Part shown: piece by piece, positions 49,356-58,810 of the stretch | Numbering within the stretch: the first letter of the stretch is position 1 | Layout of the letters: each line of letters opens with the position of its first letter | Assembly (NCBI GenBank): GCA_031385045.1 | Contig: JANNBC010000048.1 | Coordinates: 54,321 to 118,320, forward strand | DNA length: 64,000 nt | Reading direction: 5' to 3' | Source: a bacterium | GTDB taxonomy: Bacteria; Bdellovibrionota_C; UBA2361; CALJRW01 | Notes under the pieces: model-generated | Database searches by the model: none | The model's input: only the letters and a program-made list of their open reading frames with translations | What the model was told of the DNA's origin: nothing | Made by a program: the position numbers and the translations under genes

Positions 49356-50282
49356 CTACTTTGCGACAAATAAAACTGGGCGATAAGTACCGGGTGGAAA
49401 TTCAGCATTAAGGTTTCCATTTCGATACTGCTCTGAGGCATTCTTGAATGCAAAATAGATCTTGAAGTACCAGTCAACAAACTTAGCCCATCTGACTGAA
49501 CAGATAGAAAGAATCCTAGGTCGTTTTTTATTAAAATTGCTTTGTTTGGTATTTTTTGGCAAGGATCCTGGTTGTTTTTTTAGTAATTTATCGCGCCCTA
49601 CAAAGCCAACTCCATTACTCATTCTGCTTTGTACAATTTCTCTGATTCGCACTTCTAGTTTTTGAATCATCAATTTTTCATACTCATTCTGAGTAAGACT
49701 CTCATACCCAGGCAATCTTTTAAATTTTAATTGAACAGTGTAAGTATAATCTTCAATCCTAACATCATGAGACCATCTTTTCTTCTCATTATAATCTTTC
49801 CATTTCACCACCTTAAACTTTCGTACTATCCCCCTGATTGAATCATAAAAACAATTATACCCGGGATAATCTTTAATATGCCTCACCAATCCATCCTTAA
49901 CCGGCTGTAAGACAGTATAAAAAAAATATTCTTCAATATCATCAGCACCAGGCGTAAACTCATTGGAGTATCTTCTAGCAAAGAGATTACTTCCTGGAAA
50001 TTGACCACAACGTCTACTTACAGCACGAGCAATTGAAGCATTAAGATCTCTCATAAAACTAGCCCGATTGGAATTAGGAAAATGTGCCAGCTCATGATGA
50101 TGATTCCCCTCAATCGCAATAGCATATAGATCTACATTATAGATCTCAGAATACTTAGCAGTGTATGCCAAGATATCCTGTTCTAGCTGAAAATTATTAA
50201 TGAACCATAATTCGGAGTTCCTTGTTCTCGTCGTACAAAAGGAAGCTATTTCTGATGATTCAATTCTAGGATGATAAGACAT
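49356..50282 (-). CDS. HUH Y1 transposase-like protein (IS200/IS605 TnpA / REP-associated tyrosine transposase family) with a C-terminal extension
   Basis: HuH motif AIEGNHHHEL at roughly aa 60; RAYT-like block SFMRDLNASIARAVSRRCG; catalytic-helix motif YFFYTVLQPVKDGLV (Y…Q). 308 aa, of which ~140 form the Y1 domain. No inverted-repeat IS ends are visible. Confidence 0.6.
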   Translation of the reverse strand: MSYHPRIESSEIASFCTTRTRNSELWFINNFQLEQDILAYTAKYSEIYNVDLYAIAIEGNHHHELAHFPNSNRASFMRDLNASIARAVSRRCGQFPGSNLFARRYSNEFTPGADDIEEYFFYTVLQPVKDGLVRHIKDYPGYNCFYDSIRGIVRKFKVVKWKDYNEKKRWSHDVRIEDYTYTVQLKFKRLPGYESLTQNEYEKLMIQKLEVRIREIVQSRMSNGVGFVGRDKLLKKQPGSLPKNTKQSNFNKKRPRILSICSVRWAKFVDWYFKIYFAFKNASEQYRNGNLNAEFPPGTYRPVLFVAK

Positions 50283-50339
50283 ATAGTAACAAATAAATTA
50301 TTACTTGCTTATCGACTTGATTATAAAAAAGTTGCTCTT

Positions 50340-50765
50340 CTAATTAACTACACCTTCAAAGTATCTGTTAACTTGATCTGTAGGCTCAATATCTTTTGAA
50401 TCATATGATACATGTCGACGATATTCATCTAATTCTATCCTATTGTTCTTGAGTAAATCATAGTTATTTTGAATAATAGAGTTATTATCTTTAATTTGCT
50501 TGTTTTGTTTATATTTTTTATACGCATACCTTGAGACAAGAACTGTCCCGGCACCTATCCCGGCACCAAGCCCGGCACTAGCTAATATATCACCATCAGA
50601 GATTGCCGCCCCGACTAACGCACCAGCGCCTGCTCCAATTCCAGCACCTACACCTGTAGCAGCTAAAGTAGACATGCCTTGCTCTTCATCGATTGTTGCG
50701 CAACCAACTAAGAGAACAAGTGAGAAGATAATAACTGTAAATTGATGAAATTTTTTAATACACAT
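50340..50765 (-). CDS. glycine-zipper (Rick_17kDa_Anti/SlyB-like) lipoprotein
   Basis: Lipobox LLVGC; GVGAGIGAGAGALVGA…GLGAGIGAG glycine-zipper repeats. Confidence 0.55.
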   Translation of the reverse strand: MCIKKFHQFTVIIFSLVLLVGCATIDEEQGMSTLAATGVGAGIGAGAGALVGAAISDGDILASAGLGAGIGAGTVLVSRYAYKKYKQNKQIKDNNSIIQNNYDLLKNNRIELDEYRRHVSYDSKDIEPTDQVNRYFEGVVN

Positions 50766-50782
50766 ATATGTATTATCAAAGT

Positions 50783-50812
50783 TGACTTAAATTTTGATTC
50801 AGATCAACATAA
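50783..50812 (+). promoter_or_regulatory. sigma70-like promoter for trmB (TTGACT-N18-CATAAT), 7 nt before the ATG at 50820
   Basis: Hexamers read directly from the sequence. Confidence 0.3.
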
Positions 50813-50819
50813 TTTAATC

Positions 50820-51464
50820 ATGAAAAACAATTGTAACCCTTATTCTGACTTAATCCACGAATTCTCTGATACCATCTGGAATGGCCTAAACAATCTACAA
50901 CTAGCTGAAATTACAAGTAAATTAACTAGCTACAATGATATTTACCTTGAAATTGGCAGTGGCTCAGGAAATTTTTTAATTAATCTAGCTAGTGCTAATC
51001 CAGACAAATTATACGTTGGAATTGAGCTAAGATATAAACGTTGCGTTAGAACGGTGCAAAAAGCTCAAAAGTTAGCCATTCAAAATCTACTAATTATTAG
51101 AGAAGATGCTAACTTAGTCCTTCCCCAACTTCTCCGAGAATCTATTAGTGGAGTTTATATCAATTTCCCGGATCCGTGGGCAAAAAAACGCTGGCTTAAA
51201 CACCGCATGATTTCTATAAAGTTCCTAGATGAAACCTCTCGTATCTTAAAAAAAGATGGATTTATTAAGCTCAAAACGGATCATTCCGACTATTATTACT
51301 CGAGTAGAGAGATCTTTCAAACTCACTCACAGTTTAAACTGCAAGACTTTTCCGAAGATCTACACAATAGCGACCTAAAAAAAACTAATATTCTTACGGA
51401 ATTTGAGCAGTTATTTCAATCTAAACAAAAACAGATCTACTTTGTACATTTTACACGAAGCTAA
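50820..51464 (+). CDS. trmB: tRNA (guanine46-N7)-methyltransferase TrmB
   Basis: EIGSGSGNFL (SAM motif I) and FPDPWAKKRW. Start set to the internal ATG at 50820 because the longer ORF would overlap the upstream gene, and a TTGACT-N18-CATAAT promoter lies at 50783-50812. Confidence 0.7.
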   Translation: MKNNCNPYSDLIHEFSDTIWNGLNNLQLAEITSKLTSYNDIYLEIGSGSGNFLINLASANPDKLYVGIELRYKRCVRTVQKAQKLAIQNLLIIREDANLVLPQLLRESISGVYINFPDPWAKKRWLKHRMISIKFLDETSRILKKDGFIKLKTDHSDYYYSSREIFQTHSQFKLQDFSEDLHNSDLKKTNILTEFEQLFQSKQKQIYFVHFTRS

Positions 51465-51817
51465 TCCAAACAAAATACTTACCTCTTGACTGCTTTTCTA
51501 AGTACAACTAGTTGATTTATATCAAATTATTTCTCTCCCTCCCTTCAAAATTCAATTCTTAGCTAAAAGACTGAACATCTATTATAGAAAAATTTTTATT
51601 TATATCTTTATCAGTCACTACTCAATTATAATAAATATTAGATTGAAGATTTCAGCTAGGCACATTTGTTTTGATGATCAGGGCAACTTTTCTTGGCTAA
51701 GATTCGATATAGAGAATAATGATTCAGAAGATAATTTTTGAATATTTAAAGAAGACTCTTTCATCATAGTAATAGAAGATTAACCGTAAAGTTAGTCATT
51801 AATTTCTAAGGTTTTAT

Positions 51818-51997
51818 ATGAAGAATAAAGTTATAAACAATAAAATTAATAAAGTTGAAACAACTATCGGTGAGCTTGTTGAAGCTGTAACAAAGATTGC
51901 GGCTGAACATACATCAAATGAGCAAGAGCAATACATGCTAGCGTCACAGGCGATGGAAGAGCTACTGAATGCGCAACAACAACTAGATTTTAATTAA
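51818..51997 (+). CDS. small hypothetical protein (59 aa)
   Basis: Absent from the ORF track, which appears to omit ORFs under 60 aa. An AAGG lies 7 nt upstream of the ATG. Charged, helical peptide. Its 3' end overlaps the convergent gene by 8 nt. Confidence 0.3.
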   Translation: MKNKVINNKINKVETTIGELVEAVTKIAAEHTSNEQEQYMLASQAMEELLNAQQQLDFN

Positions 51998-52805
51998 TCA
52001 CAAATAAATCTGTTGAGATTTCTTTGTCAATCTGTGACTGCAAGTTACGGATATTAATTTTGACATCGTACTCCGGCACCTCCAGTTGAAGTATCTTGGG
52101 AAGTAATTGGTCTTCAAATGTTGCGTAATTAAGAATCTTACCTTTTAATATTACCTTTTCAGAACCCTTCTTATAAATAAGAAAATCTTGAATGAGGTTA
52201 TCTTGATCAGCGTTCCAAAAAAATTGCTGATCTTCCGTATAGTATGAAAGTAGATTTTTATTAGAAAAAATCTTAATTGAATCTAGCAACCAATTTTCCG
52301 GTGGTCTCCCACGTAGAATACTAAGAATCTCTTCTAAAGTTATTGGAATATGATAATATTTTTCGAATAAATCTTCAGTAAAAGCACCAACTTCTTCGGC
52401 ATTTTCTTGAGAATCATAATAAACATAATTCTCACCATTTGATATAAAATAATTACTAACCCAGCCTGCTTGCAATGGATATGTTTCAACCCGAAACATA
52501 TTTGGCGCTTTAAAAACCAAGCCCTGTCGAAAAGTATTAAAATTTTTGCCATATTTAAGACTAACATTAAGCAGAAATTTTGCACTTTCAATAGATTGCT
52601 GATTTTTTAATTCTAGAATTTTGTTACTAAGTGCAAGAAGTTCTAGTGGGACTCCAGTCTGCTGTGGATAAGGCTGATAGGCTTTTGAAGTACACGATGC
52701 TAGCAACAATAAAGCAAGCACCAGCATCCTAACTGGCCATTCATTAATTAAATTAGGCGCCAACTTAAACTGTCGACAGAAGAATGATTGATTTCTTAAC
52801 TTCAT
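51990..52805 (-). CDS. lipoprotein, hypothetical (possibly LolA/LolB-fold)
   Basis: Lipobox LLLASC; 271 aa; sits upstream (same strand) of the TPR lipoprotein. Confidence 0.45.
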   Translation of the reverse strand: MKLRNQSFFCRQFKLAPNLINEWPVRMLVLALLLLASCTSKAYQPYPQQTGVPLELLALSNKILELKNQQSIESAKFLLNVSLKYGKNFNTFRQGLVFKAPNMFRVETYPLQAGWVSNYFISNGENYVYYDSQENAEEVGAFTEDLFEKYYHIPITLEEILSILRGRPPENWLLDSIKIFSNKNLLSYYTEDQQFFWNADQDNLIQDFLIYKKGSEKVILKGKILNYATFEDQLLPKILQLEVPEYDVKINIRNLQSQIDKEISTDLFVIN

Positions 52806-52824
52806 AAAAATGAATTGATACCTA

Positions 52825-54537
52825 CTATTTTGAAATCTTGCTCTTTAATCTAACTTTTAACTTTCGGATTTCACTACTCAGATCAGCCTGGTTAGCAATT
52901 AATGAGGATTTTAAATAATACTCTTGTGCCTTCTTAGTATCACCAAGCTCTTTAATAATATCACCATAATGCTCTAATAAGACTGGATCGTCAGGTAAAA
53001 ACTTAAGTGCTCGATTCATTTGCTCTAAAGCAGCTGGATAATTTGCTTGTTTATAAAAAATCCAAGCTTTTGTATCGATAAAATATGCGCTCTGTGGGTC
53101 AAAAACTAAGGCCTGATCAACATACTGATGTGCGATATCAAGATGAGTACCTGCTTCAGCATAAGTAAAGGCAACAAAATTGAGTGCATCCTGATGATTT
53201 GGGTTTAGCTCTAAAATTTGAGCTAAAATTTCTAAACATTCAGAATCTCGATTTAATTCTTGGAGAACAACGGCATATTCAAACATTAATGCTTGCTCAT
53301 TCGGAAACTTTTCTAATAAATCAGGTAATAAATCTTCTAAGACGCTAAACTTTCTTTGTGCGTGCAATAAGCGAATGTACACCAACCATAATTCAAGATC
53401 TCCTTGATAGGTTTTAATCCCAACAAGTTCTTCCATCACCTTAGAGGCTTCAGGAACTTTCCGCATCTGTTGTAAGATCGTAACTGCTCCGAGCCTAGAC
53501 TTTAAAAAATGAGGACTCTCTGCTGGAACACTCATGAATTCTTGGACGGCTAAATCATATTTTTTTAAATTATTAAAGAATGTTGCCAAATAAAACCTTA
53601 CAGGGATGAAATCTGGATACATCAAGGAAAAGACTTGCAAGCTAATAATCGACTGATTTATGTTTTGTTGGCTAATAAAACTGCTTAAGTATTTAAAATT
53701 ATAATCTCGAATCATTTCAGGGACAGAACGAGTAGGTTCAATTAATGACTCTAAGCGTTCAGAAACTGCGGGATCTTGCTCGATCGATAGCAATAAATCC
53801 CTTGCAAAGGCATGCTTTCTATTTTGAATCTTTGTAGTCTTGAGATAGTCTTGAAGCTCAGAGGTATTTTTAGATCTAATCAAAAACTCCAGATATTCAT
53901 TCTCTAAGGCGACACACTCTGATTCTAAAATATGACATTGCTTAAAAACCCGATTGGCCTCTTCTAGATTGTCACTTGCAGCATAGGCTTCGGCCAATAA
54001 CGGTAATGTGAAATTACGTACTTTTTCGTTCCTAATCTTTGCTATTTCATCAATCAAACTATTAGCATCAGAAGTACTTCTAATTTCTCCAAAAAATTTA
54101 GCGATTAATAATTCATCGGCTTTGGGAAAAGCTTTAATTCCTTGATCAAAAGTTGTTTTTGCGAGTTCTTCATTATTATCTACTAAAAGTAAATCTCCAA
54201 GGAGGATATAATCAATCAACTCTGGGTTAATACGAATCTTTTCCTGTAATAAATAAATAGATTCCTCTACTTGCTTTTTAGTTAGCGAAATTTCTAATAA
54301 TCTTAGAATATAGTTCCCAGGATCTTCGTTATTGGCTTTGGCGGCTAAGCTTTGATAGTGCTGATAGGAACGCTCTAAATCTTCATTTTTAAAAGCCAAT
54401 TCACCAACAAGAAAGTTATAGTATTGGGAGGACTGCGTCTGATACGATCTTGGTGGCTTACTTGGGAAAATTGCTTGACTACTGCACCCTGAGCATAGGA
54501 GCAAGAATAGCACGATCAGAATTCGGACATTATACAT
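52825..54537 (-). CDS. TPR-repeat lipoprotein
   Basis: Lipobox LLCSGCSS; multiple 34-aa TPR-like repeats (W/LG/Y/A/F/A/P pattern) across 570 aa. Confidence 0.6.
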   Translation of the reverse strand: MYNVRILIVLFLLLCSGCSSQAIFPSKPPRSYQTQSSQYYNFLVGELAFKNEDLERSYQHYQSLAAKANNEDPGNYILRLLEISLTKKQVEESIYLLQEKIRINPELIDYILLGDLLLVDNNEELAKTTFDQGIKAFPKADELLIAKFFGEIRSTSDANSLIDEIAKIRNEKVRNFTLPLLAEAYAASDNLEEANRVFKQCHILESECVALENEYLEFLIRSKNTSELQDYLKTTKIQNRKHAFARDLLLSIEQDPAVSERLESLIEPTRSVPEMIRDYNFKYLSSFISQQNINQSIISLQVFSLMYPDFIPVRFYLATFFNNLKKYDLAVQEFMSVPAESPHFLKSRLGAVTILQQMRKVPEASKVMEELVGIKTYQGDLELWLVYIRLLHAQRKFSVLEDLLPDLLEKFPNEQALMFEYAVVLQELNRDSECLEILAQILELNPNHQDALNFVAFTYAEAGTHLDIAHQYVDQALVFDPQSAYFIDTKAWIFYKQANYPAALEQMNRALKFLPDDPVLLEHYGDIIKELGDTKKAQEYYLKSSLIANQADLSSEIRKLKVRLKSKISK

Positions 54538-54571
54538 GGTTTAAAAATCTTCAAAATTTAACTAAGTTGCT

Positions 54572-54590
54572 CCCCGACATCTCTGAGAAT
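54572..54590 (+). repeat. copy C of the intergenic motif
   Basis: ccccgacatctctgagaat, between lpxL (3' end) and the start of the TPR gene. Confidence 0.45.
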
Positions 54591-54600
54591 TTAGATTAAA

Positions 54601-55509
54601 CTATTTATAAAGCTTCTCGCCCACTCCAGCAAGCACCGCAGTTTTCCAGCGTCGATGGAACCAAAACCATTCTTCCGGGGCAACCAAAATCATTTCTTGC
54701 AGATCCTGCGAACAGACATCTGTAATCTTGTAAATCTTTTCATTCATACCAAGCGATTTATCCTGATATAGCTCTTGAAATTCTTGAATTCTGATATTCA
54801 GTCGATATTTACCATCTTCTGTTGAATTCATGCAGAAAGATACCATTGGAAGCTCATATCTCGCTCCGACTAGACCTACTGCGGGGGTAGTGGCAGCATA
54901 CTTACCAAACCATTTGATAAAAACTCCCTGACTCCGAACAACATTCTGATCAAAAAGAATTGCTACATCCATCTTCTCAGAAATCATTTTGAAAATTCTA
55001 CGAATAGCCCCTTTTCTAGGAATTAGCTGATTACCACCCTTGCTACGTTGCTCATTCCACCAAAGATCTAAGGCCTCAGGCTTTAGCTTACGCGCGACAA
55101 AAGCGATTGGACCAAACTGGACGCAAAGGTAACGAAGAATGAACTCAAAACTACCAATATGACCAGTTAGAATTAGAATTGGCTTATCAGGATATCTAGC
55201 TTTGAGATCTTTTAATTTCTGAAGATCGGGGCATTCAATATTCTCTAATATCCAGCTATCAGACAGTTCTTTCTGTCTTAGAACATCAACAATACAACGC
55301 CCCCAAACTCGATAGGACTGATTTAGAATCTGATAGTACTCCTCAGGAGTTTTATTGGGTAATGCTATCTGTAAATTAATCAAAGCCGTCTTTCTTAAGT
55401 CTTTAATTAAGAAACCTAAACTTTTCAAAATTAAGCTAAAGATGCTAATTCTTAATGCCAGCGGCAAAAGATTGAAACAAAAAATTGTATTTTTAATTAA
55501 CCAGTACAT
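54601..55509 (-). CDS. lpxL: lipid A biosynthesis (Kdo2-lipid IVA) acyltransferase, LpxL/LpxM/LpxP family
   Basis: N-terminal TM helix; HtrB/MsbB family blocks (…ILTGHIGSFE…, conserved H of the HX4D-like motif). Confidence 0.65.
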   Translation of the reverse strand: MYWLIKNTIFCFNLLPLALRISIFSLILKSLGFLIKDLRKTALINLQIALPNKTPEEYYQILNQSYRVWGRCIVDVLRQKELSDSWILENIECPDLQKLKDLKARYPDKPILILTGHIGSFEFILRYLCVQFGPIAFVARKLKPEALDLWWNEQRSKGGNQLIPRKGAIRRIFKMISEKMDVAILFDQNVVRSQGVFIKWFGKYAATTPAVGLVGARYELPMVSFCMNSTEDGKYRLNIRIQEFQELYQDKSLGMNEKIYKITDVCSQDLQEMILVAPEEWFWFHRRWKTAVLAGVGEKLYK

Positions 55510-55515
55510 AATTTA

Positions 55516-57369
55516 ATGATTAACATTAATAGATTAATCAAGTTAAAAGATAAATATCCAGATTTTTTGACTAATCAGGCTGCCTTAAGCCTTTTTTTAG
55601 CTAAGAACTTACCCCTAAGAATTGCGGGAATAACGATTAATCAACCTAATTACTGCCAAAGTACTACTTCCATCAGAGACGAATTACAAAAAATTAACCA
55701 TTTTTTTAAAATCAATTTTCTTACAATTAATGACTCTAATCAATTAAGGGAGGTATTTGAACAGATCCCAACATGCCTAGCAACAGAATATGATCAAAAT
55801 GCTGAAGTGATCTTCGATAACTTACTTTGTAGTCCAGCTAAAAATATTACTGGTACTTTTTATACACCACAAACCATCGCCAGCCTATTAGTGAAAGAGA
55901 CATTAGCTGAAGAACCAAGCATTAATTTTCAATATCTTGATCCAGCCTGTGGGGCAGGTATCTTTCTAAAAGCTTGCCTAAAAATATTTACCGGCAATTC
56001 TGAAAAGAAATTAACATTCATAGAAAATTCTTTATTTGGATATGATATTAATCAACAGGCCATAGAAATTTGTAAGTTCTTACTTTTAATTGAAGCCTTA
56101 AAAGACCACCCCAATCTCAATCGCAAAACCACTCTTCCTGATTTAAGTAAGAATTTTATCTGCCAAAATAGTCTACTCACAGAAATTGCTCAAAAGTTTG
56201 ATTATATCTTTTGTAACCCTCCTTTTGGCTTATCTCGCAATCAACAAATAGAGCAAGGAGAATTGGAAGAACTGACTAGGATTAACAATTGGTTTTTTAC
56301 AGGCAAACTTAATAAATATCTATTATTCTCCTTGAGATGCTTTCAGATGCTTAAGCCACAGGGATCTGCCGGCATCCTAACACCTAACTCTTGGCTAGGT
56401 ATCAGAGATGGCGAGAGCTTCAGGAAATATCTTTTAAATGAAAAAGCCCTGCCTAAGATTTTATGCTTTGAAAAAAAAATCTTCCCAAAACTTGGAGTGG
56501 AAACTGTTATCAGTATAATTTCTAAAAAACCAACTTCAAAGGTAATAATTAAAAAATTTAATCCTGAATTTGAATTAGCTAAATCTACCGAGATTGATCA
56601 TCATGTAATTTCTAATCATAAGAACTGTCTTATTCCCATGATTTGGCATGAGAATTTTCTAAATATTTTTAATCACTTACAAAAAACGACTAGTCCTCTT
56701 TCTGACTCCAAGCTAAATATTACTCCATCGATTGCCCTACAAGTTTATAGCCTAGGTCGTGGAACACCTCCTCAATCTGCAGAAATAGTCAAAAATAATT
56801 CTTTTCATTTTAAGAATAAACATACAGTGACAAGCCACCCTTATCTAAATGGCAAAGACTTAAGCTCCTTTCAGATCAATTGGTCAGGGCAATTCTTAGA
56901 CTACGGCCCCTGGGTAGCTGAATTTCAAGATTTTACACGCTACCAAAAGCCTCGATTACTCCTGAGAGAAGTACTAGGGAAACCACCCTACGTTATCAAG
57001 GCAACTGTAACTCACGAGATCTATTTATATAATAGATCCATTCTACACATCCATGCTCAAGATCCCAAGATTCTGCCACTAATTAATACAATTATGAATT
57101 CAAAATTTGCTAGTTTTTACTTATTGATTAAAGGAAGAAAAACAAACCGTAAAATCTTCCCAAAAATTGTCTTAGATGACCTAAAAGATTTCCCACTGCC
57201 CAATTTAGTCGATTATAATTCAAATGAGCTGAATGTCTTACTGGATAAGCCTTTAACTAGCGAAAATCGTTCATTACTTGATAAATTAGTCTATAAACAA
57301 TATTCTTTAAATTCAGAACAGATTAAGACTATTGAAGATACACTACAAGAATGGAAAGCGACATTTTAA
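55516..57369 (+). CDS. gamma-class N6-adenine DNA methyltransferase (HsdM/Eco57I/TaqI-like), apparently orphan
   Basis: Motif X GTFYTPQTIASLLV, motif I LDPACGAGIFL, motif IV FCNPPFG in the gamma order. A roughly 330-aa C-terminal target-recognition-like domain follows. No nuclease motif. Confidence 0.75.
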   Translation: MININRLIKLKDKYPDFLTNQAALSLFLAKNLPLRIAGITINQPNYCQSTTSIRDELQKINHFFKINFLTINDSNQLREVFEQIPTCLATEYDQNAEVIFDNLLCSPAKNITGTFYTPQTIASLLVKETLAEEPSINFQYLDPACGAGIFLKACLKIFTGNSEKKLTFIENSLFGYDINQQAIEICKFLLLIEALKDHPNLNRKTTLPDLSKNFICQNSLLTEIAQKFDYIFCNPPFGLSRNQQIEQGELEELTRINNWFFTGKLNKYLLFSLRCFQMLKPQGSAGILTPNSWLGIRDGESFRKYLLNEKALPKILCFEKKIFPKLGVETVISIISKKPTSKVIIKKFNPEFELAKSTEIDHHVISNHKNCLIPMIWHENFLNIFNHLQKTTSPLSDSKLNITPSIALQVYSLGRGTPPQSAEIVKNNSFHFKNKHTVTSHPYLNGKDLSSFQINWSGQFLDYGPWVAEFQDFTRYQKPRLLLREVLGKPPYVIKATVTHEIYLYNRSILHIHAQDPKILPLINTIMNSKFASFYLLIKGRKTNRKIFPKIVLDDLKDFPLPNLVDYNSNELNVLLDKPLTSENRSLLDKLVYKQYSLNSEQIKTIEDTLQEWKATF

Positions 57370-58550
57370 ACCACGAAAATATTACCAGATTAACAATTGA
57401 TGGTAAGGATGTAATCCTTATTGGAACTGCTCATGTTAGCCAAGAGAGCGTTGATTTAGTGCAAAGAGTAATCACTGAAGTTAAACCCGACACAATTGCC
57501 GTTGAACTTTGCGACTCTCGATATCAAAGTTTAAAAAATCCTGAAAAATGGAAAAGCCTAGATCTCTTTACTGTGATTAAAGAAGGTAAAGCCTTTGTTC
57601 TACTTTCCCAACTAATACTTTCTAGCTTTCAGAAAAAAATTGCTAAAGAATTAAAGATCCAACCTGGAGCTGAAATGATGGCGGCAATTAAGTTAGCTGA
57701 AGAACAAAATGCTCATTTAGTGTTAGCTGATCGAGACGTTAAAACAACACTTAAAAGAACTTGGGCTAACCTAAGTTTTTGGCAAGGATTAAAAGTGATG
57801 TCCACACTGCTGGCAGGCTTATTAACAAACGAGAAAGTATCTGCAGAAGATATTGAGAAATTAAAAAAGAACGATGCCTTAGAGGATGCAATGAAAGAAT
57901 TTGCTACGCAGTTTCCAACTGTTCGAGAAAGCTTAATTGATGAACGAGATCAATACCTAGCAGAAAAAATTCGCATCGCTTCAGGCAATACAATTGTTGC
58001 CGTGCTAGGAGCTGGACACTTACCTGGAATTAAAAAATATATTTACACTCCCAGAGACTTAGCTCCTCTAGAAGTGATTCCACCTCCTGGAAAATTTAAA
58101 AAATATTTCTCTTGGAGCATCCCAGTACTTTTTGTTTTAATCATTGTTTACTTAATAATCAATGGTAGCTCAGGAGAAGCAACTGGCTTTGTTTCTCTTT
58201 GGGTAATCCTAACAGCTTCCTTAGCAACATTTGGAGCCCTAGTTGTGCGAGCCCATCCGCTGACAACTCTTTCTGCTGCTATTTCAGCACCGCTGACAAC
58301 AATCCATCCATTAATTTCAGTTGGAATGGTTGCTGGATTAGTTGAAGCCTATATCAAAAAACCAACGGTATCTGACCTAGAAACCATTTCTGAAGATCTA
58401 ACAAGCTGGAATAAGGCGATTAATAATCAAGCAATCAAAATATTTTTAGTCCTGATTTCTACAAATTTATTTACTAGTATTCCTGCACTTTCTGTAATTC
58501 TTTACGGAACAATTACAACCGCAACTTCTTTCTTAAAAAATATATTTTAA
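57351..58550 (+). CDS. TraB/PrgY/GumN (Tiki-like) family protein with a C-terminal TM region
   Basis: Two GxxH motifs (LIGTAHVSQES and VLGAGHLPG) typical of the TraB family; about 4 C-terminal TM helices. Its first 19 nt overlap the MTase 3' end. Confidence 0.7.
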   Translation: MESDILNHENITRLTIDGKDVILIGTAHVSQESVDLVQRVITEVKPDTIAVELCDSRYQSLKNPEKWKSLDLFTVIKEGKAFVLLSQLILSSFQKKIAKELKIQPGAEMMAAIKLAEEQNAHLVLADRDVKTTLKRTWANLSFWQGLKVMSTLLAGLLTNEKVSAEDIEKLKKNDALEDAMKEFATQFPTVRESLIDERDQYLAEKIRIASGNTIVAVLGAGHLPGIKKYIYTPRDLAPLEVIPPPGKFKKYFSWSIPVLFVLIIVYLIINGSSGEATGFVSLWVILTASLATFGALVVRAHPLTTLSAAISAPLTTIHPLISVGMVAGLVEAYIKKPTVSDLETISEDLTSWNKAINNQAIKIFLVLISTNLFTSIPALSVILYGTITTATSFLKNIF

Positions 58551-58552
58551 TA

Positions 58553-58810
58553 ATGAATGATCCTTTTTTAAGATTTTATACCTTTGCAACGATTACGCTA
58601 AGTTGCTTCACCGGAGTGCTCATTGCAGTACCATTAGCTTTAAGTAATCCAAATCCACTTGCCTTATTATTGCTACCGTTCTTTGGCACAATGGGTGGCA
58701 TTGCTGGATATAGACGTAGAAATAGCCGTATTTTCTTTTATTTAAGCCTATTTGCGGTAGTAGTTTTATCAACTATTATTTGTGTTAATATAGTCAAGAA
58801 TGAATTCTAG
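58553..58810 (+). CDS. small membrane protein (85 aa, 2-3 TM helices)
   Basis: Hydrophobic segments; starts 3 nt after the TraB stop. Confidence 0.4.
   Translation: MNDPFLRFYTFATITLSCFTGVLIAVPLALSNPNPLALLLLPFFGTMGGIAGYRRRNSRIFFYLSLFAVVVLSTIICVNIVKNEF

Noticed and set aside
49345-50340. Complete IS200/IS605 element around the Y1 gene
   Set aside because: There is no TnpB partner, no subterminal hairpins, and only 11 bp to metK. It is called a domesticated single gene rather than a mobile element.
50742-50819. Longer trmB start at 50742
   Set aside because: It would overlap the upstream lipoprotein gene by 24 nt on the opposite strand, and it contains a good promoter (TTGACT-N18-CATAAT). The internal ATG at 50820 is preferred.
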